A model generated the notes under the pieces. That model did not search any database and was not told where the DNA came from. It worked only from the letters and a program-made list of their open reading frames with translations. Below, one piece after another: positions 27,419-40,200 of a stretch of DNA of 64,000 nt. Origin of the DNA: Takakia lepidozioides (taxonomy: Eukaryota > Plantae > Bryophyta); the NCBI GenBank assembly GCA_030704615.1, contig CM060734.1:25668001-25732000 (forward strand). Direction: 5' to 3'. The translations under genes were made by a program, and so were the position numbers. How positions within the stretch are numbered: the stretch's first letter is position 1; each line of letters starts with the position of its first letter.

Positions 27419-28789
27419 CTAGTGTCCCTCTTTCTTGCAATAGTGGCATCTCGTGCTTTCTTTGTTTTTGGGTTGATGGTCCCTATCCCTTGGTGGATAT
27501 TCATTTCGTGGCCTCTGATAATGATTACCCATGTTGTATCGTCTTGGTTCATCCGATCCTCCCCGTCGGATTTGGACTTGGTGTACCCCCACCTCTCGTG
27601 TGTACCCAATCTTCTTGGCCCGTTGGTTGTAAATACAATGGCTGGTATTATGATTGTTCATATGACAAATATCATAGTATTTGTCCTTCATATGGCATTC
27701 CGTTGCCAGGTGTCCTGAAGTCCCGCATTTGTGACACCATGTTGCCTTTCGTGGCCCTTCATCTTTAAAATTCTTGATAGCCTCTGCTATCTTTAGATCC
27801 AAAGTGGTTTTGTCAATCACTTCTTTCTTCTTTTGCTTGGGGTTTTCTTCATCATCAGAGTCTTCTTCTTCCAAGAGATCCTTGGAATCTTTGCTTCTGT
27901 TCTGATGGAATCCCAATTCCAACTTCTTTGCAGTCCCTACTGCTTCAGCCAAAGTGTTGTTAGGCATGACTGTAACCATGGTTACGTATTCACGACGAAG
28001 TCCATTGATGAACCATGATTTTTGCAAATCATCCCCTGGTGCTTGAGGTAGTTTCCTAATCAGAGTCTTCATTCTCTCCAGGTAGTCGACTACCAATTCT
28101 TTCTTTTTCTGTCTTAGGTTCTGTAATGCTGTGAAGATTTCAGACGTGGATTTGTTGGATCTATATCTTTCTTGAAATGCGGCTCTCATATCCGCCCAAT
28201 TCGCAAAGTGATTGGCTGGGAAAGTTGCCAACCATTCAATGCCTTTTCGGGCCATTGAACAAGGAAATAGTCGGATCTTCTCTTGGTCTGTTGCTTCATT
28301 GTAAATGATGCACATGTTTTCAAATTGATTCAGATGGATATCTGGATCAGATTTCCCATCATATAAAGGAAATGGTGGTCTGGTTTTGCTTGCTGCTAAA
28401 GCCATCGGTGCAGCTGGTGCAACTGGTTGTCCAAACTGGGATGGTCCCGCTACTGCTGGCTGTGGTGGTGTTGGTGTTTGTCTTCCAAATAGTGATTCAA
28501 AGCTAGGAGGTCCTTGTCCCAATGATAGTCGTCTTCCAGCTGCTGTCCCTACTAAGCTTAATGAATCTTTAAAAGCTTTGAGTGCAGTTCTGGTTATCCT
28601 TTCTGGAGAAGTGCTTTCACTTCTTTCACCTTCTTCACTAAAAATGTTATCAAATCTTTCTTCTAATATTTCAGCAAAACCTCTATTTGGGCTTGTTACT
28701 GTAGAAGGTCCTTCAGATCTTTCTTGTGGTAACCATTCACCAAGTACATTACTGACAACTTCTTCTGGTGTAGTGTTCCCAATTCCCAC
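27419..28789 (-). CDS. Retrotransposon Gag with zinc knuckles
   Basis: 456-aa ORF: YDGKSDPDIHL, LRQKKKELVVDY, WFINGL, CHKCGTSGHLATEC, CHYCKKEGH. Confidence 0.9.
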   Translation of the reverse strand: MGIGNTTPEEVVSNVLGEWLPQERSEGPSTVTSPNRGFAEILEERFDNIFSEEGERSESTSPERITRTALKAFKDSLSLVGTAAGRRLSLGQGPPSFESLFGRQTPTPPQPAVAGPSQFGQPVAPAAPMALAASKTRPPFPLYDGKSDPDIHLNQFENMCIIYNEATDQEKIRLFPCSMARKGIEWLATFPANHFANWADMRAAFQERYRSNKSTSEIFTALQNLRQKKKELVVDYLERMKTLIRKLPQAPGDDLQKSWFINGLRREYVTMVTVMPNNTLAEAVGTAKKLELGFHQNRSKDSKDLLEEEDSDDEENPKQKKKEVIDKTTLDLKIAEAIKNFKDEGPRKATWCHKCGTSGHLATECHMKDKYYDICHMNNHNTSHCIYNQRAKKIGYTREVGVHQVQIRRGGSDEPRRYNMGNHYQRPRNEYPPRDRDHQPKNKESTRCHYCKKEGH

Positions 28790-28829
28790 CGATCCGATTT
28801 CCTGATCTTTTGGTTTATCACTGTTTGAT

Positions 28830-31800
28830 GTATCACCTTGATCGGCAACTGGTGATATCCGGACCGCAAGTCCAAAGTGCTAAAGACCTTGGCATGCCCA
28901 ATGGCATCAAAGATCTCCTCCGGTGTAGGCATGGCATACTTATCGGACTTGGTCTGACAATTTACAGGCCGATAATCACCGCACATACGTCTCTCCGTCC
29001 AATTGGCATAGACATCCTTCTTGGCTGGCATCACCGTGGCTGAAGCATACTCTCCACCAGAGAGCTCCACCAAACCAGCCTCCCAGAGATCTTGAGTCCT
29101 CATCTGATTTGGCGTGTCCGTGGCCAACTCAATACGAATTTCCTGACCCTTCAGTGCTCCCAAATCCTTCAAATTGAAGGCAAAGCAATTCCTGTAAGCC
29201 CTCAGGAACCGCCGTATACATCGTCTCTCTCCTCCGGTGACAATGGGTCCAATGTCAGACTCCCAATTGTCCTCCGTAACTGCAACCTTAAGTCCAGCAG
29301 ACTTAGAGGTAGGAGATGCGTCCCGTGGTTGCTATGCCGCAACCTGTTGAGCAGTACTCCCTGCCTGCTCAATCAATGACAAGGCCTCATCCTACCCAAT
29401 CATCTCATCTTTGAGGACCTCCTCAACCCGAGAAGAATCCCCAACCTCATCCATCACAGCCGCCTTGGCTGCCAACTCTCTCTGAACCTCGAGCACCTCC
29501 CATGTGTGCCATGGATGTCTACACCCTGTGGTCCTCACCGGCTCGCCCCTACTCACTGCCTGTACCGTCTCGGTAGGCAGAGAGACCGTCAAGGGAAGTG
29601 CACTCCGCACTCTACGTTGTTCAGCCATAGCCAAGCTGATAATCCAGGTTAAGCAATTGAGATCCATCGCTTGCCCCAACACCTGACGACGTGATGCCTC
29701 AAAAAGAGAAGGCACCGCTGTGGTCCTAGTGGAAAAACCCATAGCCCGCTCTCGCTCATCGACATTAGGCTCCACTAACTGCTGCAACTGAGCATCCCAT
29801 AGGAGGCCAGGTCCACTATCCCGGAAAGCATGCGATCCTGTGGTATAGGTAGTGCTCGTGGTCGACCCACATTGTTGACCACTGCCAAAGGCGACCGGTC
29901 ATCGTGTCTCACACGCTGAGACTGCCTCCCTGTGTCCAAAATGCTATCCACTGTGAGGTATGCTGGCCGCTGCGCCCCATCAAATGCACGCTTGAGCAGT
30001 GCGGGTGGTATCAAGTTAGTCCACCATAGCCATGGACGATGAGCCCGTGACCCCACTGTAGCTGCATCCAGCAACACTGCTGACCCAAGCCACGACCGGA
30101 CTTGGTGCACACTGGCCATCATCCTGGCCCGAGAATCGCCCATCAGTGACACATTCTCCAAGATGTATGCTGGAGATACAGCTTGATGAAGCTGTAAATG
30201 GCACAAAACCCGCACCATCTCCCAAAACAGACCCGACCTCGAGTCTCGCAATCCATTGCCATGCCCGGCTGATGAATGCCCTTGGCAGGGCCAACCTGCC
30301 ACTACAAGATCAATGGAGCCAATCCGCTCCAAATCTTGCACCCCCAGCAACGAAATGTCTGCTGGCAAGGCCTGCTGATATCCACGAACTGCAGACACCG
30401 GCAACAACTCAGGGTACTGTTGCACCAACTGAGCAACATGGCGTAGGGAGACGCGTCGTGCAGTCTCATCCCTTTCCACATACAAGTAACGCCGTACCCA
30501 TACACCTACCTGTAGCACAGTAGCCAATCCGGTGCTGATCCCGCCAAACAAGTCCAGAAGGCAAATGCCTTCATCCGGACATTGCCACACGATCGGTGTG
30601 GTGTCCAATGGTGACAATTGAGATGGTCCTGGTGCAATCCCCGCACTGTCCTCCTCTCCTAATGGTACAAAAGCCTCTACCCAGGCCTGTTGCACCCGTT
30701 GATCAGCAACCCGCTGCAAATCCTTGCTCGAGCCCCACAATGGAGTGTGAGCAACCATGACAGGCAACTCTGCCATACCATACATGTCATCCTGCTCTCC
30801 CGGAGGTGACACATCCTCTGAATGAGTGTTGCCATCCAACAACTCTCCAGGCCAAGTCACTGCAGCTGTGAATGCTGCCAGTGTTGGCATCTTGCCTAGC
30901 TGGGCAACCGCAACTCCTCCTATGAACATCACGGGGAGCTGCACACGCCGACCCTCCCCTGACTGCCATCTAGGCCTATAGGAAGTTGACTCCTCCCAAA
31001 ATCCCAGGGAGAAGTCCATGGGGTACAACACTGCCCCACCAACAATGACATCGTACGAGACCGTGTCTGTCATAATGGCCTTGGCTCTCATCACTGAGCC
31101 ATCTGTAGGATGATCCGGCTGTAGTCTGATCGCCAACTCACGCCATGTCATGCCTCGAGCCTGCTCTGATCCTCCCAGAGATGTATGTATCTGGAAAGGG
31201 CACGGCTCCATATCCGCCCCCATGAGGCCCAAGCCTGCAATAGCAGCTCTGCCCAACATCAATGGCTGAGCTCCCGAGTCCAACAAGACCCGCAGTGGCC
31301 GGTATCTCTTGTCTGCCGGTCCACTCAAATAGAAAATGCCATCCTGGTTGTCTAACATGACAACTCCAGGTGTCACCATGGCGCGCTCAATGGCTGGCCT
31401 AGCTGGCAGTTCCATCAACCTGGCAACTGCAGCTTGCCATGGCGCCACCGTGGCAGTCTTGACCCTCATATTCGAGGATCCCTCCGGCACTACACCTCCC
31501 ACTATCTCCACAGAAGATGAAGTAACCTCCCCACTCTCACAGAGTGTAGCTGCCAGCCTGAACACCTCAGCTGGTCTTACCCCCGGCGTCGCAATCATGG
31601 TAGCCGAGAACAATGGAGCCCGACACACCAATGTGGCCACCCCCAGCAGCACACTAGCTGCCGTAGCCTTGGCAACACTAGGTAGTGGTGCTGCCCGTGT
31701 AGCTCTCCCCAATGGCATAGTAACATCCGCCTCGGTAACAGTCGGGCGAGAACTAGGTGCCATGGACGGCGTCGACACTGTCTCCGCCAATGTGAATGAC

Positions 31801-33500
31801 TGAGGAAGCCTGGCCTGACGGCTTGCCTCCCCATGCTGTGGATCCAACTCCACCTTCGCACCCCGTGGCTCAGGAACTCATGTTGCTCCTCGAGTCACTG
31901 CCGCAGTTGACTCCACTTGCACTAGTGATAATCCTGCCCCACCCACAGTGGTAGTGGTAGTGGCACCCCTCACTAGTGGTAGTGCTGCCTCGCACATGAA
32001 TCCCATGCCTCCCATGTCTCCTCCCTCAGGAGCAGGAGGTGGACCATCCGGCCTTGGAGCCGGTACCACCTGAGCTGTGGCCATGGCAGTGAGCCTCTGC
32101 TAGCTGCTGAAGCCGGTTGGCCATGCCTTGGTCACCACCCTGACCTCCACGTCCTTAGCCATGTTGAGCTTGCCCTCGGCCTGCACCTCATGCCTGGCCA
32201 CCTCGTCCTCTCTGGGCTACTCCACCTCGCCCCCGGCCACCATTGTTCCCTTGGAACTGGCCTGGGCGCAACTCAAGATGCAAACCATAGCACTGGGCCT
32301 CTCCATGCCCGTACTTGCTACAATGCCCACACTGCAACTGTGCAGGCTGTGCCGGTGCCAAACCATTGCCTCCCTCTGGGCAATCCTTCTTGACATGGGG
32401 TCCCCCACATGTCCAGCACACCACATCCGCCCGTTGTTGGCTTGCAAATGAAGGGAGAGACCCCTGCATCTGAGGTCCTCTCTGTCCTTCCCTGGGCTTC
32501 ACCTGAGCCCCCTTGTTGCCATAAGCACATTGAGGTAGTGGCTGGCCACTACCCCGTGGCGCCTCCTTAGCAAATCCCACCATGACCACTCGTTCCTCCA
32601 CCATGTTGAGCTCTATCCGCTCTGCCAGCAAAAACACATTTGCTAAGGTGGGTTGGGCCGCTTGTAGGAGAGTTGCATCCCGCACCCTTCTCCTCAACTC
32701 CTTGTCCAATATCCCGTACCAGAACTGGACTGCCTGAGCCTCCGTAACCCCTTGGGTTAGTATGCTTCTGTTGGAACTCTTGCAAGCAACTTCTCTGTCC
32801 TCACCCCTTGGTAGTTCTTTCTCAACTCTTCCAAGAACTCCACAATAGGGTTGAAGGCAGACACCGCCACTGGTGCTGGTGCAGCAGTAGCTTGGGTGGA
32901 CGTTGTAGTTGCTATACCACTAGTCCCACTACTACTCGTGGCAGCTGCTGTTGCAGCTACAGCTGCCGGTGTGGCTGCTACCCTTGTGCCTCTAGTGCCT
33001 CTAGTGATGGAGACATAGTCGGGTGACCAGTACATCCTCCACTCCTCGATCTCAACATCATGCCCCCGCCTAAACTCATGGTAATCATCCATGGGCGGCC
33101 CCTCAAGGTGCTGAAACAACCCCTTCCATGCCATAAAAGACGTAAACAGTTGTGGATTGCGCATTTGCTGCAAGTCACACCAACTATGAAACTCTTGGAT
33201 AAAATCATCCAACTCAATGGTGCCCACCGCCCCAGAGTACCTACGTGGCCCCTTGGTAGCTCCATACATCTCCTCCGTTGTGTCCCACAACAATGACAAT
33301 GAAACAACTTGCACCGCCGGTGTGAGTTCTCCTGATTCACAATCCGAATCAGAACATTCCGTAGAAGACACAAGAGGTGAAGGTGGCCTAAACTGCACAC
33401 CTCGTCTCGTATACCCGCTAGTATCGCTAGTGCTCGTACCGGCACTTTCCCCAGCAACTAGTGGCACCTCCGTGTTGACAAACTGACACTCAACCGGTCA
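28830..33500 (-). mobile_element. Ty3/gypsy-like element encoding Gag, protease, C5 DNA methyltransferase and RT (truncated within RT)
   Basis: gag 32188-33467 (CWTCGGPHVKKDC, CGHCSKYGHGEAQC); protease LLDSGAQPL ~31275; DNMT ~29640-30570; RT start MPAKKD...RMCGDYR...[12 protein letters not shown] 28830-29172. Confidence 0.92.
29640..30570 (-). pseudogene. DNMT3-like cytosine-5 methyltransferase domain within Pol
   Basis: Motifs in order: I LLDLFGGIS, II YVERD, III ADI, IV AGWPCQGHS, VI LENV, VIII DAATVGSRAHRPWLWWTNL, IX ERERAMGF, X RRQVLGQAMD. One frameshift lies before motif IX. Confidence 0.93.
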
Positions 33501-36000
33501 TGAACCTGTCTCTAACCCCCTCTCCACAAGGTATCCGGGTAGAGAACCTGATGCGGCTTATGGTTTGGAATACTAGGTTCCTAACGTAGCCTGCACCTGC
33601 ACCTTCATCCACCGCAGGCACTCCCATGGTTGGTTGGTCATCACCTCCAACCTCACCACAGGAGAAACAAAGATGGTCTAACTGGTCATCAACCCAGCCT
33701 CACCATCGACAGCATGCTCTAGGGTTGGATCGGCGATCAAGCCCGAGTCAACCACCTATAAAATCAAGCGCCTACACAAAACTAGCATGACGCACAATCA
33801 AGCATGCAGGTGTGGAGGGGATCCAAACACAATAATGAAAACAACAACTCCCCCACACCAAAAATAACTCCACAGTGTCGCTCCTGCAATCCAGCCCAAA
33901 CCCGGACTGACTCTTGCCTTCACCTACGAAAAGGTCTCGGTCTACAGAGAAGGTGGAAAGCTACGAGGAAGGGAAGCTAAAGCAATGCCTATCCCCAGCA
34001 CGCTCTCATCCCAACACCTTTTTTTTTCCTCTCTTCTCTCACTTGCATGACCATGAGAGCATCATGTAGACACTCCTCAAACCACCCTCCACGAGCTCAT
34101 GAAACTTGGCCTCCAAGGCCCCATGCAAGCCTCCACAGGGTCCGCCAATGACTCCTTATGTCCACCAGCCATTCCTCAGAATGGAACCACCTCAGGAAAC
34201 CACACCATTCACTGAAGGTTCAAAAATGGAGCAAATAGAGGTACATATAGGCCCCAACAACATTATGTCCAAATGAATTACCTGCAGGCTGGTCTCCCCC
34301 ATAGTTAAGAATTGGGCTGAAAACCCGAAAAGATTACCTGCAGGGAAGTAATCCCCTTTGTTAAAATGCAACAGGGAGGCAATTCTGACTTTTCTGCCGG
34401 ATCAGCTAGCTCAGAACCGTTGTTCTACAGAGCCCAGCCTCCCCATCAAAGTCCCACGAAACGAGTGAAAAAAGATTTTTATTTTATTTTATTTTTTCAC
34501 TCTGCCTGTTCGCGGCCTTCCGTGGCTCCAACCGCCGTGACTCCTCACGGCCCGCCCTAGGCGCTCGTTGGCCACGGGCTGCCCCATGATACCCCATGGT
34601 ACCACTCCCACGAGCCTTCACGGCCCGCCATCCCCACGATCTGGTCACCGTGCCCACCCATTGTGTCTGCACCACGGCTTCCAACGGTCACGGTCAACAG
34701 TCACGGCCTGGGGGTATCTCGTGATATTGCCCCCATGGCCCATCACGGCCACTGTTCCCTGCATTCCCTGGAACTCCCAACGAGTTCCCATGCGTTCCCG
34801 AGCTCTCCCCGCGCTGGGGTTTGCTCCTGCACCCTCTGCCACCAAGCTATGGCTTCTGCAAAGCCTCCAGACCTGCTGCCATGCTCTCTTGGGCTCTCAC
34901 GACCCACTAGAGGCACCCTAAACTCAACAAGCAAGCAATATGCTGCCCAACAAGCTCCATTTCTTCATGAAGCTCACAAAAACGAATCTGAAAATACACA
35001 CATTTACAAACTTGGTGCACCTGCACTTCTCATGCATATCCCCTAGCTCTAGGGCACCTCATTGCTACCCTTCTAGCCCCCGCTCTTGCCACTCTAAGAG
35101 CCCTTACACTGCTGAGTTTCAGATTGAAACTCCAACTCAGCACATGTTTCACAAGTGCACTGATTTGCACACAAGAGGGACCTGCCCCCTCTCTTCACTC
35201 ATACCTCTTCATGAGCTTGGAGCTGAAGCTCCCAACAGACTGCGATGCATTCCCTCGCAGCTCCACTATTCGGCTGCTCCTCATCTACCCGCAACAACTG
35301 ATTTCGGGCAGAAATACCTGGAGCTGATCATATCATCTCCAACCTGCAACATGCTAGCTTCCCATGCGCAGCCCACATTTATGCAGCTCCTCAACTCGGC
35401 CTGCAACTGAAGAAGACGACCACCACTTCGCCCACTCGTGGCCAGCATCTCCTCTGTTTCATACTAGAAGCCCAAACTTGGTTGTCATAGCGTTGAGCTA
35501 TGCAACGCCGCTCTTCAACATAGGCTACCCGCCTCTCTATCCATGGCAAACCTGCAACCTGTTCGCCTTTGCACTCTATCCGCTTTGGATAGGCTCATGC
35601 ACGGATCCCTGCACTCTAGGCTGAACTGTTTCTCATGATCTGAAAACACAAGTGCTACAACTAACTCGAACCTGGCACTCACAAACTCGAGCTGATCTTT
35701 CTCAAGTGATAAGGAAAGGAAGATACAAGCACACAAGCTCTCTCAAACTCACATACTTGCACATGAAAACATCACTCATATATTAAGTCGAGCCAAGTGC
35801 ACCCCACGCCATGGGGAATCCACACTATGGCGCCATAGCTAGACACGGTGAGGCTCAACTCGAGAAAGATGAGCCCACCGCGATCTGCCGTGAAGATAAC
35901 AACGTCAGGTGCCCAAACATGTATTGGCCCCTGGATTGACACTAGGGTCAATCCCAAATGTCAATATATAAAAGCTAGCTATTTCCTAGCTAACTTCACA
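33500..36000 (-). other. Probable 5' leader/LTR of the DNMT-carrying element
   Basis: Non-coding 2.5 kb directly upstream of gag, beginning TGTGAAG on the minus strand at 36000. There is no second LTR or clear PBS to confirm it. Confidence 0.35.
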
Positions 36001-36089
36001 CTAGTGGTAAAATAACTTGACAGCGTGATTGGACGATAATTGGAGATGAGGTTTCTGTCCCTTTTTTTGAAGATTAAGGTGATAAGTCC

Positions 36090-36360
36090 GCTCTAGGTCT
36101 GAGAGAGGGGAGGACAGAGCCACCTTATCTTGATCCGAGAGAAGAAAAGGGATATGACTGAGAACAGCCTCCGAAGCCATTCCAGCCTCAGCGGAGGGAG
36201 CCCTCTTGGAGAAAAGAGAGGCAAAATGCTGCTCAGCAATAGATGCCATAATCTTAGGGGAGTAAGCAGGAGACCTATCTGGGCCAATCAAAGACGCAAT
36301 TGAAGAGGCCATTTTTCTTTGCCTTGCTTTGATAAAAAAAAAATTTGGACATTTTCTCAC
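36090..36360 (-). mobile_element. Small LINE ORF2 fragment (endonuclease-RT linker)
   Basis: FFIKARQRK...IASL...HFASLFS...LSDQDKVALSSPLSDLE. Confidence 0.55.
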
Positions 36361-37212
36361 CTTTAAGGGACCAGTTAACACCAGCCTTGAGACGAAGAGC
36401 ATTCTCTTTGTCCTGCCTGAATTTCCACAGATTGGTCTTGGGCTGTGTTGTAATCCATAAGATTCTCGGAACGAAGAGACAAAAAAAGACTGATTATCAG
36501 GGATGAAAACAAAGGTAAGTGCGATGTCTGAAAAATCCCAATCCCTGATAGTGAGGAGGAGACAATTTCTGGACAAGGGTTTTAACCTTCTTTCATAGGG
36601 GATGTGCAACAGAACAATATCCAGAAGGTGCCTATGAACTAGCACTAGACAACTGGGTAGCAAGAGAGCATAGAAAAAGCAAGTGAGAAGGGGGAAGGCG
36701 GAGTGAGCTATGCTCACCTGAGTTGAATCTCCTGGCAGGGCAGATGGCGAGGTCGCGTCCATGGGACTGAGCATGGTTTTTTTCGTTTTCGCAATGAAAG
36801 GCACGAAGCCTACAACATCCTCCTTGCGGGGGGTGGGTGATGGGGCCCTTGCAAATCCGAGGATAGCATGAGCCACGATGAACCCTCCCTTTAAAACTTT
36901 AACTTCTTTATTAATTTGATTAAAAGGCCTCCGTCCCCTTTCCATTTAAAAATACAAAAATCAGGGCAATACCTGTTCTTTAAAATTAAAAAGAAAAAAA
37001 ATGCACTACCTTATTCGAGTCGCTTGGACCCGTCCCACTCAATGATGCGACGGGTGAGGTGTTGGCGTGTGAGAGCGGTTTTTTTCTTTCCCCTGCTCAC
37101 ACGATACCAACCCCCGTCATACTTTTTTTTTGGCGGAGTGGTGAAACAAGGGGAGCATTTTGAATTCTGGGGAGTGCAAGCAGATCCATCTTCTCTTGGC
37201 TCTGTTGCACCC

Positions 37213-40200
37213 ATGTCGCTGCGATCCCCCTCCTCAGTAACTGCTGCGGGCACAGTCTCGTGGGTGTCAACGAGGCTAAGCTCAACTCCCATCTCTCGCA
37301 GTGTTTTTCTTTACAGATGCGCTTCAGCTTCGGCTATGGTCCCTGCCGCACTGCCCTCGTCGGCAAGCGGAGCGACCTTCATTCGTCCTCACCTCCTGGA
37401 GCTTTCTCCTTACACCCCGATTGAACCATTTGAGGTGTGACAATACTCATGTATCGTGAGAATTTGGATGCTTTGCTGGTTAGGGAATTGCTAGGTTGTA
37501 TGCACGATACCATATTCTCTCTCTCCCTCCCTCCTCCTGGGTCCATATTATTGCCAAAGTTGTGAAGCATTGCGAATGAGGCTTAGATTCGTTTTCTCAA
37601 TCACCTATTTTCCCGACAGCTGGAACCTGCCCGCCTGGTTTGAAACGCCATTTTGGTAGGCTATCTCAATACCATTCAACCGGGTTTGGAAGCAGTGTAC
37701 TTTAACCTTTTTGAATTATACATCGTAAATAGGTATGACTTCCTTGTGGCAAGTGGCGTGACATTTTTCTGCAAAAGATTTCGGGAGAACTTTCTTGAAG
37801 TTACTGTGTTGGTAGTCTGGTCGCAAATGTAACCCGACTGACGTACCACTGGAAGATAGTGAATTGGGTCCTGCGATGAAGGGGTTCACTGCTCACTGTA
37901 CAAAATTAAAGGACCGTGAGAGCTATGCAGATTTTGTCTGCGCGCTTAGGTCGTCTTCCCAAGGACATCGTCAAACTGGATGCGAATGAGAACCCATACG
38001 GCCCGCCACCTGAGGTAACCCATTTCCCTGTTCTCCAAATTTCTCACTTGTAGAATGTAGGTAGAGGTTGTCTGCCTCATGTGCTTCTCGCCCAAGTGCT
38101 CGAGGATAAAGAAAACAGAAGATGATCAGTGACTTCTTTTTACTCCGTTTTTCCCCTTGCATCAAGTGCTTGGCGGATCCCAGTGAGGGCAGTGGTCTGA
38201 AATTGGAGGATGATGCGGAGAGAAGAATTGAGAGAATGACAGAGAGATAAGGGGTGGGGGGATCACACATCCATGAAGGGCAAAAGACGAACTAATAAAG
38301 CATCCTACTGCTGTCAGTGTCCCTGATACCTTGCCACTTTTTTCATAGTTGTAGTTTGCTGGGGATAGTAGGTATTGGAGGCTCTGGGCAGCATGGAGTT
38401 TCCCAACATATACCCAGATCCAGAGAGCCGCAAGCTACGGGCAGCCCTGGCAGAGGACACCGGACTAGAGGCCGAACATATTTTGGTTGGATGTGGGGCT
38501 GACGAACTCATTGATCTCATCATGCGGTACAATCAATCCTCTGGTCTTTTCTAATGAGACAACTTCAAATTCTTCACATCCTTATTTTCATGAAGAGTAT
38601 GTCTGTTCAGACGAGACTGCAGAGTGCTTCTACACGTTCAGTTTCTGCACTGTGTTGCTCATTTCCTCTTCCAGGTCTCTAAAGTGCGCCTCCTTCTTTC
38701 CTGGAAGCTCTCTCCAGTTCTTGTCACACACTAATTCAAACCCAGAGGCTGACACCTTCTGCTTTCCAAGTGAGAAGCATCATGGGTGTTTAATGCATAT
38801 TAGTTTGTGCTCATTGTGCAAACATTCAGTCTTGTTCACTGATCTCTGTTTGTTTGTCTTGGTCTCCATCTGTCTTAAACAGGTGTACATTAGAGCCTGG
38901 GGACAAGATAGTGGACTGCCCACCAACCTTTACAATGTATGCGTTCGATGCCGCTGTGAATGGGGCTTCTGTAGTCAAAGGTGCACCTTTTTTTAGGAGG
39001 AAATTGCTTTGTTTTCATAGCTGTGACAGGAATGATCAGCTAGGTTGGGGCCTCCTTTATTTCTATTGAATGAAAGTCATTGACCTCAACTCAGGAGAGG
39101 CTTTCTCAGAAAGTTCATGTCACTGTCCAACCTTTGGAGGACAGGAGGTTTGCATGGATTGTGTATCTAGCTCTCTTATAAGAATGTGTCTCTCTCATTT
39201 AATATTATATTTTCTAGAAACAGGAAAAGGGGAAGACCTTCTTCACCCAAAACCTCAGCCAAGCAGAGAAAATCCATTCAGGGAAGGCACAAAACAGGTC
39301 TCGACCAAAAGCAGAAGCCTTCAGACAACAAGAAGCCCAAGCTTCTATGATACAGTGGATCCTTTCTCCTCCATAAGCACGAAAGGCATGGTGAACCAGC
39401 CAGACCATCGTAGTACCAGTGCAAACAAAACTGGTTTCCTCAAAAGTCTCGAAGCCATTTCAGGTCTCGGTCCCAAAATCAAGAAGTAAAGCTCCTCAAA
39501 CTATTTTGCAGCACAAGCAACCAGCCAGCAGTCCAAACAACAGTGACATTGTTGTAACATCCATTCCAGAGATTGGCACTGATTGCTTAGTTGTTTGAGC
39601 CGATGTCTTCAGCTCAAAAACTCTCTTGTAGTATTTGTTTTTCACGTCTTGTAGCAATGTGGTAATCTCACATTGTGGCAACTGATTTATTTGGTGGTGT
39701 CTCAGTGCCGAGGTTGCAGGGTTTTGGCTTGGATGTTCCCCACATTGTGGCAGCTGTGCAACAGCACAACCCTAAGCTTGTCTTCCTGACTTCTCCAAAC
39801 AACCCGGATGGAAGGTAATTCTCTTGTACATTGGTACAAGATATCTATCTCAAAGACAAAGTGCTTCTTGGATTCGATTTGGTATGGAGATCCCAGCAAT
39901 ATTTGTTCAGGTAGCTCATCAAGGAGAAGGCTTTCCTGACTGCAGGATATCGTTACTGTTGATGAGTTGTTGTTCTCGATGGTTTTATTATGAAAGAAGC
40001 AAGTGGAAGATGCCCAGTTACGGTTTTGCAGCCATGTGACATTGATAGCCCTAATAGCTGGTGTAATTAAGGTGGGTTTGTTCGCAGTTTGGTCACTGAT
40101 GAGGAGCTAGAGGCCATTTTGAGGCTGCCAGTACTGGTGGTTCTAGACGAGGCCTATATTGAATTTGCCCTGGAGCCTTCCCGGATGCGATGGGTGAAGA

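Larger units (their letters stand above)
12670..28830 (-). mobile_element. Rearranged non-chromovirus Ty3/gypsy element (gag, PR, RT, INT, long accessory ORF); host of the nested chromovirus; LTRs not found
   Basis: gag 27419-28789; protease IDGGSG...LLLGRPWL ~26530-27403; INT zinc finger and core; RT FLDDF; accessory ORF split at 14816/21779. Confidence 0.85.

Noticed and set aside
29640-30570. Host DNMT3/DRM gene
   Set aside because: It is intronless, in frame with a retroviral-type protease, flanked by gag and RT, and its motifs are not permuted as in DRM.
36001-36945. 314-aa ORF as a real gene
   Set aside because: It looks like a patchwork; only a short LINE-like stretch is recognisable.
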